The notes under the pieces are model-generated. The model saw nothing but the letters and a program-made list of their open reading frames with translations. It did not search any database and was not told the DNA's origin. Positions 12,401 to 26,800 of a stretch of DNA of 64,000 nt are shown one piece after another. Location of the stretch: assembly GCA_040954595.2 (NCBI GenBank), contig CM082580.2, positions 13,318,242-13,382,241 of the forward strand, given 5' to 3'. The stretch is from Balanoglossus misakiensis. Its lineage: Eukaryota; Animalia; Hemichordata. Every line of letters starts with the position of its first letter. Within the stretch, counting starts at the first letter, position 1. The translations under genes and the position numbers were made by a program.

Positions 12401-15400
12401 ACAATGGTAAATTTATGACAAATTCGTACCATATTCAAATGCACTTACACCATGATGATCACTCTTTCTATCGGCATGATATCATTAAACCTCTAAATCT
12501 ATCAATAGTATCCGTATCTTTTGCACGAAGAGATTTTTCCTTTGTGCTTGGTCTCTATTTATCAGAAAACAGTTTCAATATCCACAATTTGATACATTGC
12601 ACAAACTCTGCCAACAACCTCGCTTTAAGGACAACACCATACATCAATATCTGTCTATTGGTGTGCGACTCGATGCCCATTCACGCAAAGGCTTTTCAAA
12701 AATCCGCCACGATCTCGGTTCAATATTTTCTATAGATTTTCACTTCAGAACGGTTGTAATCGCAGATCATATGGCTAACTTATCAATTTTTACGACGTAT
12801 CAAAATCAAATCAGTGTGGCGTGTCAGTCAAAATGTCGTAATCTGCTTACACAGCTCCAGTCGTTAAATACGACAGCTTCGTCACCGTGAGATCAATTAT
12901 ACAGAAGAGAACATGCTCATATACTACGCTACACATCCAGACATCTTTGAAAACTGCCAAAAGGAAAAACTATCATGCCGTTGTTTACAGCCTGTCCAGC
13001 TGTCTTTTGTATGATGGGCATATTTCAGTTATCAGAGGAAAGCATTATTTCAGAATTTCTGGCGTCATGAAAATTTCTTCCTCTGAGTGTTAAAGCTGCA
13101 TTTTATTAGGATGGTTTTTTTTTTAAGCTACAATGTTTTTTTCCCGAAAACCGGCCACTTGATGAGACTGCAATACTGCACTATTTTAGTTATAAAACTA
13201 CAGCTATTTTTTTTCTGGACCAATCACACATATTATGTTTTATAATAATTCTGATTCATAGCCCCAATACAGACTACATGTAGTTTTATCAAACACCATT
13301 TTTTTTGCTCTAGTATAAATCTTGTCATTAACATTTTTACTCTCAAGTTTGTTTTACAAATTGGAAGGAAACAAGAGAATTCCCAGAAAAACAAACAGCT
13401 CTATCTGTTGATTCCTCCTGGGTTTTCTGTGAAAACTTTGTGGTGAAGCAAACGAGTGAAAAAATGCTTCAGAGTGTCGGGCAAATCAATACCAAATCCA
13501 AACATGACAGTCTGTTCTCTGTCTTTCTGCCAACTTGGGTTTCTTGGCAGATCAATATAGGCAGGCTGAATCAATTTCTGTCCAATGTGATTAAACTTGA
13601 CCTAAAACTTCTGTCTGAAAAAAAATAAAGCAAAGGAACAGCATTTTTCCGTGTTTTCTTTGATGTTTTATATCATCAGATGAAAAACTCATAAAACATG
13701 CACTACAAATGCACCTCACATTTTGTCTCTGCTCATATTGACTCAAGCATCTGATAATTTGCATCAAACGGGCACTTTGTTTTGCCCAGTCAAATTTGTA
13801 GAATATGTGTTCAAAGTTGTCAAACAACCCAAGATGTCAATTTCCCACTTTCTGGTGGATAACCTTTGCTGGTCCAGTGCAGAACTGGAAACGCTTCCTT
13901 GAAAACCATTAGCATGTGAATCCACATGACCCCCATGATCTATACCAAGTTTGCTTAGTTTCAGTTTCATTTGCTCGACTATGGTTATGACTTGTGAGTC
14001 GACTGAAATCATCTTAAAAGTCACTCCGAGGCAGCAATGGGCCTTGGCAGGTTTAAGTCTCTGTGTTTCAAAACCAGTGTGTGATGCAACTTGTCCACTT
14101 GCCAGAAACTGTTTCAAGCATTTTCCCCACATTTTTTTTAAATATTTAACAATTATTTATTATAAAAGAATGCTATTAAATCCCCTAACAGCCTCCCTAT
14201 GAGCATGGGTTTGCACCAAACCATAATTACTGTACAGAGGAAACCTCTTTGATTGACAGCTTACACTTTTAAAAAATTTGTCAAGAGGATGTGAAGGTAA
14301 TATCCAAGTTTTCCTTTTTTTTCCTGACAACTGCAACCGTGTCTTCACTACAATCTCTGTTTTTCCAGCATTTTTTTCCCAGAGGGCAGCTTAAATTTCA
14401 TCAATTGCCTGTTTAAAAAACAAGCGTGTGCAGCAAATGAACGTAAAGTGCTCTTCTTAAGTTTCCCGTTTTCCCCTCGATTAAATGGCACCGAGGAATC
14501 CAATGACTGTTTAATATGTAAAAAGTCAAATCTAATATTCTGGGCCTGCTCGCACCCTGTAAACTTGTCCTCTCAGTCCTGTGAAATTCAACAGCAGTTC
14601 AGCCACGCAGCAATTCCAACTCTGTAATTACTGAGCCGCCTGGCTCTAGTTTAATCATTTTCTGACCCCAGGCAGGAGTGTGTGACTGGCTCCTGTACAG
14701 AAAAGAATCGTGTTTGTTGACACAGCGCACTGAATGCTCTGAAAATATGAATATATCAGTGCTTCCTGCCTTCCCAGCAATGAAGAAAAAAACCTTGCTT
14801 GTGTGAAAGGCTTGTTTTAGAAAAAGCACTGTGTAGTTTTGTTATTACTTCTTTTTCCGCGAGACATCTTGATTGAAATGAACGAATCACATTTCATTAT
14901 GAGGTTCTCGGCTCGCCAGCTTTGTCTGAGGGAAATAAACGACAAAATGTACATCGAAAGTGAGGTTTCTTTTGTACCTGGGCAAACTAATATCTGACAG
15001 GAAATGTGCTACATAATTAAATAGGTGAATGCGCACTCCATGTTCAAAATGTGAGAGATATTATTTCTATGGCGAGGCCTTCTTTGACTAATACGTCCCA
15101 CGGATCCACAAGTGTCATAATAACCACAAAGCGAAAACAGCTCTTCTCAGATGTTCTGTCAACACATGTAAAATTAAAGTGCGGAACTCTGTCTTTGTTA
15201 ACATACAACAGGAAATTAGCGTGCAATTATGATGCCAAGCAAAATATCCCACCTTATTATCCATGCTTGATAACCTCAATAATGCTACAATTGTTCAACA
15301 TGGTATTCTTGTAATTCACCTGTGCCCAGATTTCATTATTACATTTAGCCCTCCGAAAACGGTGGGCAAACACGGGGCAAACGCATCTCAAAGAAAATAG

Positions 15401-18400
15401 CAATAACATCTCCCCGGTCGAAATTACCCCTCCGAACAAAGTGACAAGAGCACAAAAGTAAAAATTAAAAGTTGCTTTAGTGTCAATCAAAGTCGTAACT
15501 CAATCTCTATGCACTTTGCGTCCATTAAACCTGTCCGCCTCATTCTGTATACATTAAAACACAGAAGCACATTAAATCAGTTTTCTGGGCACTGCTCTGT
15601 TGAAACCCAAGCGGTGTGGTTTTGGCTTCCAACACTGCGAGGATGTTACGCGTACACATGCTTGCAGCCTTCAACCCTTGTCGCTTTATTCATCCACATT
15701 AGCACACTATCCTGAATGAAATGGTGATGGAATAAACGGGATGAAATCTGAACCAACATGTACATTTCTATCTGATTCCCAGATTGAGCTATTTACGAAA
15801 AACCTGGGGTGACACATCCGAACTTTATCGCTGAAATATGCAATTGCAGCATACCTCATCAAAGTGTCTGTTACACAACATTATTTCAAAATCAAGCCTA
15901 CCTGTTCACAGGCCTTCGCAGGTTTTAATATAACCAGACCTTCTTTGCCTTATTTTTCTGTGGAATCTGATTTATTCACTGCTCAAGATCAGAAACAAGA
16001 GAATGGAAAAATAGAAAGACAGAAATTCCTTAGCACAGCGATCAGCAGCTCTAAGTGCGATGAGGAACCCAGGGAAATTGTCAATTGAGTTACCAACTGC
16101 TTCAATCAACAAAGTCAGGCTAATCTCCAGACTGCTCTTGTCAGTTCTCACATCTTTCCACTTATTCCAATGTCCATTTCTTTGTTTTACAATTTATTTC
16201 ATTAAGTGCAGGCGCTTGTTGGAGGGGGAAGGGAATAACCAGCCTTATCTGTCTGCCTTCACCCTATTATCTATCCCAACTAAAGTGCAAAGTTTTCCAT
16301 CCATTTTAATTACAGTGATGGAAGGGCACTGTCGGAAATTCACTAACTGCCAATTATTCCCGGAAAACAGATGTTCAAACAATTAGATGGTGCATTACCC
16401 AACAAGCTCTCTGGCTCAGAATTCGCACCGTCCCCTGGTTAGTTAACACACTGTCCGGTATGTAATTAAAAGAGAAAGACCCGACTCTATTGGACTTGGC
16501 TTAATTTGCTGCGATCACAGACAGGCAACCAATTAGGATCCTGTGAAACACCAACGGTATTTTCTGAATAAATTTACTTCTTTTCTCAACAAGCATGCCA
16601 GGAAGAGAAAATCCCCACTGGCAATATAACAGCATTGGCGATTGTAACAAAATGAACACTGCCAGTTTCTTTAACTGTCATTAAGAGACTAGGTTTCACT
16701 AATCACTTTTCAAACCTGTTTTTTTTCAGGGGGGCTGGTTGAAGCATTGTCTCAAACTAGAGACCTTGATAAATATTTTAGGAGGCGCGCGTAAGCCCCT
16801 CTTTGTGTGCTTTCACTGGCAACTGAAAAAAAAACGCTAAGCACAAGCCTCCAGAACTTTGTTTGCATATCAAGAAAATACAGCAGCGAAATGCAACAAC
16901 CTGCAACAACAATAGGGGAGTTCCCATCACTGAAAACCACCAATTCTCTCACTCCGAGGGGGCGGGGATTTTTTTTTCAAATCCTGTACTGGACATTTCA
17001 CACCTCTTATTTCATCATCTACATTTGTGTATCCATGCTCTGTACATTTCAAAGTGTAAATAATTTCAAAGTACTTCCAAGAAGGTATTCTTTGCATCCC
17101 TGTCACCTTTCTGTATCATACTGTCTTCTGTTCTGTTCAGGGCCATGTACTTATACACACAAATCAATGAAAAAACGGATAAAATCGAAGGCAAGTCATT
17201 TAGCGTATATGTGGGGCAGTCAATTTCAACTTAAACTCAGATCTATCCCCTTCTTCCAGTAGGAGTATAATATTTTTCCCTTTCACTTTTTATTTCGATG
17301 TAAGAAAACTACTGAAAGCTTCTTCGAAAGTCTGCACTGTTGATAACGGCCACTGCAACACATCCACTCGGCCACATGTCTTTATCTGGACTCGAGTCGC
17401 CGAGGTTAAGACTCCCGGAATATCAAGAACTCTGTGTTAGCTCTTCTCACTTCATTATATTCTCTTTCCATTGTCTGTATTTGTTTCCTCGGGTCACGGG
17501 GGTCAAAACACGCCACCAGAGCAATACATCACGACTCCACGAACGAACAATGCCACAGCGAGGACGGACACAAAAAATAGAGCCTGATCTAAGCACCAAA
17601 GGATCGCTTCCAAGTAAACCTGCGTAATCTTTCCATTGTTGATATCAAAGTCTGTTTCTGACAGCAGGGAGAACATCCTTGGATTTAAGCACATCTCTGA
17701 ATTTTATCAGTTTTAAACTCAACTCAGATTCATATTGGAGAAATTGGTTTGTTAATCAAATTTGTGACTGACTTCATCTTGTTTAATATTTTAAAATGGA
17801 AATTGTACTTATTAATCCAAATAATCAGATGCATATTTATACTGCATTTAAAAAAAAAGATATATAAAACCCAGCACTCATTATCCGTACAAGCCAGTGA
17901 CAAGATTCTTTCTCTGTTCCCCCCCCCCTATCAAAATAACATCAATCGAGCGAACCATGTCCATGGCGACTCAAAACGTCATCTCTTAATAAACTACTTC
18001 CGTGCAAGTCGTTCACGTATTCTTGACGGGTTATCTTCAGTTTCTCTTTCGTCCCCAGGCACTCGGTAAAACTTATCCAATGAATAGTTCTGATATCCCT
18101 AAGAAACCACAGGCCAGACAACACCTACATGCATAGCATCAAAACAACCAAGCCGCGCAGAAGATTGGCTTCCAGGCCTGTCCTGTTTCTGTCTTCCACA
18201 CACGCATGTTCACTCAAACTGCATAACCCTTGTATATGCTACACAGCAAATGGTACAATCTTCACGCTGCCAGTGTCAGGGTTATTCCATTTGCAGATGG
18301 CACAAAGGGGAGAAAGATAGAGAAACAAAAGCACACATATTTGGATTTTTACACTGTACATCTTCATTTTCTTGTGTAACAGTAAATATTACACTAAAAA

Positions 18401-20856
18401 TGTCATCTTCAAGATTTCTCACTTTCTTGAAGAAATCACAAAGAAAAAAATCGGAATGTCTCTGCTTTGTTATTATTACTTATTACTACAGAGCTTGATA
18501 TATTTTATATAATATCAAACATATTGTTTTATTGCTATTATATCATTTTATCATTAATTTTGCAATATAATTGAATACACGCATGAGTTACAGGTTCGCG
18601 AAATAAAATATGACAACAGAGACTGAATGGAATCTTTCCTGTCGGAGTTGATTTATGTGCAGGATGAGTAATCCTCACAATGAAACAAACAGCTTGTCAA
18701 ATTTAAATTTCAGGACATTTCCTTGTTGATGTCAAACATCAACCTTTCAGATTAAGTTTTGTTTCATGTCATCCTTCGTCTATAGTGGAGGCAGGGTCCG
18801 TTCACTCTTTCAGAAGCAGAAGTGAGAAGCTTTGTACTGACAACAAAGATCAACCTTTCCTAGTTCAAATTCTAAATAAAAAAATCAATTAACACTGAAA
18901 CAAGAATAAACCTCAGACTGCGTTGGTTTCACGCAGAACAATGAGGCCAAAATTGAAAAATCCATTCCTCAACAAAATGAACAACAATTAAATGAAACTT
19001 ACACAGAGAATCTATATTGATGGAAGAAGCCTGAACACGAGCCCTTGGCCAGCCTCCTCCATTTCAACCGTATCATCAGAATCTCTCGAGCGCAGAGCCT
19101 CCACAAAGAAAAACCCATTTCCAACGAGAGTCTGAATAAAGAAAGTTTGGTCAGCTTTCTCAGACTGCACATCGGCTGAAAAGCTTCGTAAGGGCTGCAT
19201 TGTATTCTGGGCAACACTCACAGCAGCCAAGCTATTACAAGCATCCCTGGCATAATATCTCGGCCTTTGTATCAAATGAACAGCTGAAAATCTGGCCGGC
19301 CTCTGCTGACTTCGCTTGATGGAAATTGCACCACATTTGCATTATCTCTTTGGCCCGATCCCTTTAAAAATATTCTTAACGCTTCCTTTCACCTGCTGGG
19401 GGAAGAAGTTTCAAAAATCCATATTTTTTCAAAATGAACATCATTATCCCCATTGCGGAGCTAAAACTTCATTCATTCATGACGCGGGCCTGTCCAACTC
19501 CTTTTTATTTTGACTTCTGAAAATTTCAACGTTCTACAGTCAGAGGGAATGAGTCTCTAAAACAAATTGACTTCCACACCTTCACTGAATACATAGCCTC
19601 TGTTAGCCCAGTGCGATGAGCAAATAAACTTCAGCTTTGTAAGAGAGAAAAACACATGTAAAAATTCTGCAGCTATAACATGTAAAAACTTCAATTTGAA
19701 CGTTTCTTGAAAGTTTATCAACATGGCAGAGAAAGGAAGAAAGAAAGAACTTCTTCACACTTTCAAACTGATTTTCACAAAGTGGGTTATTTTTATTCAC
19801 AAAGCGACAAGGGCAATGTGCCTGCAACCTGCGATAAAAATTGTGTAAGTTTGTATTCTTGAAGTAGGGCTTTCAGCACTGCTGTGAATTTGAATAGTTT
19901 GCAGCAAACACTACGGGCCGAGAGGCTGACAAAGATGTCAGGGTAAAACCTTAACAGTAGCAATTAATAGGCAAAGACATCTGCAAAATCTCCCCCTCTG
20001 GGCTTTATTACTGAAACCAAATACAAGTGGAGTAAACCTAAAGAAACCCGTTCATTGTGTATGTCCTTATTTCAAACGGGCATTGTGTAATTTTTTCTTT
20101 CTTTTTTTTTTTGCTTTTGAGGCCATTGGTTTGTTAACTTTTTTTCCAAGTACATGGCCACATGCAACGAGTCAATGTCACAGATGAGACACTGATAAAC
20201 TTGAATGTCCTGAGCAGCGTTTTCAGAAACGCGACACAAAAAAGAGAGAAAGTCCTGTTTGTGATCGGAAAATGTATGAATCACAGAGCGGACAGAAGAA
20301 CTGAAGAGTAACTGCGCACAAAGCTCATTTTGAAGAAAACGAAAAGGGCAGAAAAAAAAACACCAGAAGAAACTGATGAAATCCAATGCAAGCATAGGAC
20401 AATAGCCTTCAGATGGGAACTTTTTGTCTACAATTTGCAAACACACGGCTGAAAAACTGATCCTTTTATACGGGAACAAAGAGAAGTTGTTTGTTCATCA
20501 TTTGGGTTACTCTGCTCTGGCCCATACAACACTGTTTTAATTCGGTCCAATTAAAAGCACTCATTGGCGGCACACGCGTGGCACTGTTTGCTTTGCCCTT
20601 TCTCTATTGTACAAGCTTAAGTTTAACGTGTTTGTCTAGTGCTATTCAGTATACCTTGCCTGCTTTCACTTTCTTGGCTATTTTGCAAAATCCGATGTTT
20701 TGTTGGCCTGGGCCTATCAAAGACTCACCCAGCCAGTCTGGCACGTGCCGTGTCCACTCCGATTTTTCCCATGATTGCCACAGTAACGTTTGCACATCTT
20801 ACTTTTCAATGATCTAAATCAAACACGCTGTTCGTGGTACAACCCCCTTTTTCCTT

Positions 20857-20880
20857 TTCTCTCTCTCTCTCTCTCTCTCT
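20857..20880. repeat. (TC)n microsatellite
   Basis: Run of tctctc dinucleotides. Confidence 0.9.
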
Positions 20881-23800
20881 GGTTTTAGATGTCTAGAATA
20901 CAACTAGCACAGATCAAAAGCCCTGTTCTCTTAAATTTCCCTGTCCACTTCATTGATATTCCAAAATTTACACAAGCAATTTGATGACTGCAATAAACTT
21001 CTCTCCTATTATGAAACGGACATCATTCCGACCGTAATTATCGCCTACTTCAATGATTGGGTTTTAGCTGCGGATAGACCGACTACAGACTGGGCGATGA
21101 ATATACCCTTGTTTCATCAACGGAGGACGGTGTCCCCCCCCCCTCCCCCCGACATCAAAAAGCTTGAGGAGGTACAGGTGTGTGGAGAGAAGGGAGAACT
21201 TGTATTTGTCAAATATTAATAACAACATAACACCCCTGGGATTTATTAATATGCAAATCATTCAATTAAACAATCAACTTTGTTTCAGCCTTGTGGGTAT
21301 TGCTTAATAAAATCAATGTTCGAGACACTACAGTTAATGCGAAAAGTTGTATAACTCAACAACGAATTTCATTTGTCCCTTCTTGGTTTTCCCCTTGTTC
21401 CAGGGGTAATTTGTACACTTGCCGTCACCGGTAAGGGAAAGCTTAACGTGTATTAAAGTCGGCTGGTAGGCTTGACATATCGTGAAAAACAACGCTGCTT
21501 AGCTAAACTGATGAAGGCCTGGGGCGAACTCTTCAGAACAAGCGAAGCAGAGATAGCTCTTGCCCGTAATCACTCCCTTGGTGGAAGCTGTATTTGAATT
21601 GAGCAAGGCCTCAAAGCCGTCACTTATCAAAAGCACACATCTCAATTCGGCGCTGCACGAGGCAGGCAGACGTACAAAACTAGGGGAGGTGCAAAATCTA
21701 ATTTCGACGACTCGTTTCAGACAGGGGGAGGGCATTTAATAAAGAAGATTGGTGAAAACACACATCAACTCAAAACACAATCCTTCACGCGTGCAGAAAA
21801 CTGACTTCAACAAAGCCCGGTCACCTTTTGAAATAACCGTCTTTCACCCAGGAAGCAAGCCCCCCAATTTTGCTGTGAGATTTTTTTGTTGCCTATTGTT
21901 CGGGACACATGTACTTTTGCAAAACCAACTGAAAGGACTTTCACAAACACACCGCAGTACAAGTTGTGAAGAATAGATCTCCTTTCCGCAAAACTGAACG
22001 CCAATTACGGCTGCACATGTGTCGGTAAGCACCGTTCGGTTTGAAGTATACAGCGACATCTCTACCTGTCTCCATTGCATCAAAATAAAAAAACATTATC
22101 ATGTCAATCAAATACATGTACAAGCAGAAATAAGATCAACCGCTTTTTTAAGTAAATGACATGCCTTTTTTGTCATCTCTCTGCAAGCGTAAAAGACAAA
22201 GAAAATCAACGCTGTTAAAAAAAGTACCAGTAGAAAAAGTCAACTTTTTTCATCAGCTCTTTTTGTCATCTTCCTGAAGCCTATAAGATAAAAACGAAAC
22301 CTTGAAAAAGCGGTGGGAAAAGTTGCACATACTCCAATCTGCCCAGCTCATTTAACTCTCTTTCTATTGGTTCAATCTGCTTTGCTTAATTCTTCCATTC
22401 ATGTTTAACATGTAAAGCTCACCACTATTGGATAACGGCTACGCTCAACGAACATCGATTCAATGGCCGTGCATTCAACAAAAGCCGGAAGCTTTCACAT
22501 GTCCTCCCTCGCTCTCTGTCTCTGTCTCTCTCTCTTTTAACATGTCGGGGCTTTCTAATCTGCATTGTGAATATGGAACTCTCTTTTTTATGTTGACTTC
22601 TTTGAAAGTCTAAATGTTATGGTCCCATAGGGAATATCAAGGTTTAGTATTATTGTGCCGTAAAGCAACAAAAATCAGCTTAACTTTACTTAACTCCTCC
22701 CCTTTAACTAGTGGGGGGAACAGGATGGAGCAAGGACAACTATGACTAAAGTTTACTGGTAAAAAATCATTTCTGAACTAACTTATGATTTCATTAAAAA
22801 ATATTCAGATTTATTACGTATTTCCAAAGCCTTCACAGAAATTGATCAATTAGAGGCAATAAACCTTGAAAAAAAAGCTTGCGATAAATACGGACTTTTC
22901 TGCTTCTGATTGCAAACTCCTACATGTTTTAAAATGTTTGGTTTCAACTTGTTTTAGGAGGAACTTCAATCTGAAAAAAGGGGAACACAAAAAGAACAGC
23001 AAAAACAAAAGATAACCTGCTTAATAAAAATTAACTAATCCCGGTTTAATTAAGCCTTGGAATGACAGTCATATGACCGCCCGCACAATTCGTGTTTCAT
23101 TTCATCGCAATTTGTCACCACTGGCTGTTAGAAAATTACGGCATGTTGTTTGGTCTATTTCGCCGATGCCCACGATACATACGAATGGGTTTTACACTTT
23201 GTCCGGCAGAAAGAAAAGAGAAATAAAGCTAACACTAGCCACGTGAGTTCTAACATTCAAGTCAGCTGCGATGACATCATCCAATTTATCTGTTTTAGCC
23301 GTGGCATCATGCCAAGTTCTCTGAATGATAAGGTGAGTTCTAAATTTCTCGGGTTTGCATCCTGCTTTTTGAATTCCGTCAGAGAAAAAAAAGGATTCCT
23401 GGCGGCTTGCAGATAGGGCACGAACTGAAATCTACACAAAACCTACATATTTCAGCATTTGTCCACTGACAGGCCTTCGTCGACTGCTAACCTGAACATT
23501 TGCATATGCAATGACCAAACACTGCCTCTTAAAAGTGATCACAGTGAAGGGAAAAAGAAATTAAATAAAACAGAGTTCCAACCTTGAACTTTTTCCAAAG
23601 GTTTTAAACCATTCATACCAATACACAATTCATAAATGTGTAACAGGAAAATTTGATAGGCGGAGTCTGTTAATTCAATTTATAAAATGCAGAACGTCAA
23701 TTAGATGTTAGCTTTTATTCTGTCTGCAATTACATCATGGAGGTATAGTGATGCCCCAAGGAGAATTTTCGACAAATTATAAACTTTCTGAATATCACCC

Positions 23801-26800
23801 AGCGAGAGAATTATGTCATGTCAGTTTCACTGTTCATAAACATACAACAAAATTGGTCCCTGGAAATCCAAAAAATAAAATAATATTTATGATACATGTC
23901 GGAAATTATAAGCTGGTTAAACACTGTTTTTCTGATCCAGTGTAGCAGAATAAATAAACTGCACCTTTTGACAATAAATTGAAAAGCACGACGCTGAAAC
24001 ATTAATTTTCCACTAGAAATGTAAAGAAACCAATGTGGACATAATTTGTGAATGTTGAGAGTCACTGACTGTTCCAAGAAAAAAAACAGGTGAGAATACA
24101 TGTGATGTTGATTAGTATTGTTCTGGGTAAGGATATGTGTTGGTTTGCCATTGATTTGAGAGCCACCAAAACAGAGAACTGACAGACAGTATCATGGCCT
24201 GACATGTTTGCCTGTATGGCTACTGATCAAAGATCGCAGATTTCCAAATAGGGCTATCTAACATCAGACTAAGCAAAGGTTATCTGCAAATTCTACACTT
24301 TACCCTAATCCTCAGACATGACCAAGCAATCAGCCAAAATGAGAGACTTATCATCGTTATCACAAACTAATTAAATGGACCCACAACAGCCCCGTTGGCA
24401 CCTTATTTAAACAATTATGTCCTGACGTGAACCTTGTCTGTTTGGCCAAACGCTTGAAATTTGTTCCCAGTTGGCATTTTTTTTATTGGACATTATCTAG
24501 TAAATAAACTTTGCTGACACTTGAATGTTTGTTAGCAACTCAAAATTGTCGCTTGTTGCAAAATAACATCAGCGTCAGCACTACCATTTGAAAATGCTTA
24601 ATACTTATGACTGTTGAATACAGGCAAAATAAATTTTGGTTGAGATTTAGGAATAAGTGGAAAAATGATGGTAGATGGGAAAAAAGTGGTGGGCACAAAT
24701 GGATGGGATGCAAAACAAAGAGATGATGGGAAATGAGATAAAAAGAAAACAAACTGGTTATCAGACAAAATGCATGTATTTGATGTAAGGATAGTCCATT
24801 TTTTTTTCTCTCCCTCTCTTCCCGCTCTGAAAGGGTGACGTTAAACACACTTTGCAATGTTTGAAGTACCACAGCATGTTTTTAAATACACCGAGCAAAT
24901 TAACAAACTGCAAGAAGACCACATTGGCAGTTCTCACACTCAGTCAATGTATGATGTCATCCTGTGTTTGAAATACTCAGTGGTCCTTTTGTGAAACTGA
25001 AAACAAAAAGCAAATAACAAAACAGAGCAAAATGCAAGAAGCCAATTTGAGGGGAAAATTATCTTACAAAATGCTCATCATATTTTTAAAATCTCTGCGA
25101 CTTTTTCATTACTTTTAGCATTCATAAAATGAATTTAAAATTTGTTCGGTTGAGGGCTAAATCTGCAGTAGGTTGATCAACCATTGAAGTGCTTGAAATG
25201 GGTCTAGCTAGACAGTTTGAATTATTTGTTGAGCATGTGTGTACACGTACGAGAATGAGTGCACGTGCCTCTATGTCTTGGAAGTTATCAGTATTAGTTA
25301 CTACATAATGGGCACATTGCTTTAAAAAAATATTTTGTACACATTTGTTTCTCTACAACTGGCCTTGGGTTAAACATGGTGGGGTCTGGGACAAAAATCG
25401 ATCGGACTTGATTTTACCAAACAGTAAACAAATTGAAACTGTTGCTGTCAAGAGTGCCAAGCATCATCATATGTCGCCCATGAACACAGCTGGATTTACT
25501 AAATTTTATTTTTTGCTCAAATTCCAGTTCATTGCCATGGCGACTTGCGCTTTTGTTACAAAATGCATCCCTGTGCAGAGTACATGCTGCACTTAATCTG
25601 ACAAACAAACACGCATCTATTCAGGCCAGAAAACCTGCATTCTTGCAACATTTGTGGACATTACAGATCTGACAAAAGCAGTCAACTATCTGTTCTATAT
25701 GTAGAATGGTGAATAAATCTGATGCAAAAAAGTATTTTACATCAGGGGGAGGGGGGAATATACAAGTCACATGATCAGGTGAAGCCCTATCATATTCATA
25801 GAGTTGTTGGCCGAGAGTTGTATGGCTCAAACGCAGGAATGTTGATTTGAGTTCAGCAGGCCTGCTCAAATAAATTATTGGCTGCAGTATTAACTGGTAC
25901 ATAGTGGACAGCATCATTAAAACCGACGGAGGCTCTACATAATGCGGGTTCCAAATCCAGCTTAAGCAAGACTAATGTCTCTCCCATAAGCTCCTGTGTT
26001 ACCCACATACCATGGTTTCCATCAAGTAGAGCTATTCTAGACAACACCTAGGCCCATTGACTCAGTTTGGGTTTGCTCGGGGTTTTTGAGCAAAAACGGA
26101 CAAATGTCAGATGTTCGTGGGAATGAAATGTCTGCAGCGCAGGACCGTTTCCCCGGTGGAGGCAAAGTCCTCCAGCTTACAACATGTAGAGCTACTCAGC
26201 TAACAACCTGTTAAGGCATATTCCTTTTTATCGCTGGAGAACAAACCAGCTCATGTTTGTGTGTTTACACCCAATGATTACACAAACTATAATTCAGATT
26301 CGGACAAACCGCCGACAAACCCAACCCCAGAGTGGCAGGACACCTGTCTTACAAAGTTATTTATTTTCCAATTTATCACCCTTCATTGGGTGTAACCATG
26401 CATTGATAAACTGCGAACATAATTCTCGATAAACTCCCAACAAGGCATGTAGTGGAAATCAATACAGAATTGCCGGGTAATTGTCCATTTCCACAAAAAT
26501 CACAACAGTCAGACTATTACTCCAAGACTGATCTATAATTTTTGGACAATGTGTCAAGGAGATGTTTTACTTTTGATAATGGAAAGATATGGACACCCAC
26601 TCCCATCAATTATTAACATGGTCAGCAACCTGGCTGAGACGTATTGTCTGACTGCCACTGCGCCGATCAGGGTACAGGTTTTTCATCATAATTAAGTGCA
26701 CTGTTTAACTGTTTTGGTTTTGCCGTAATTGTGTTATACAGTCGAAATGACCTTCACGAATGAAATTAAGCGCGAACTGGGACACGATCTGCCCGTATTT

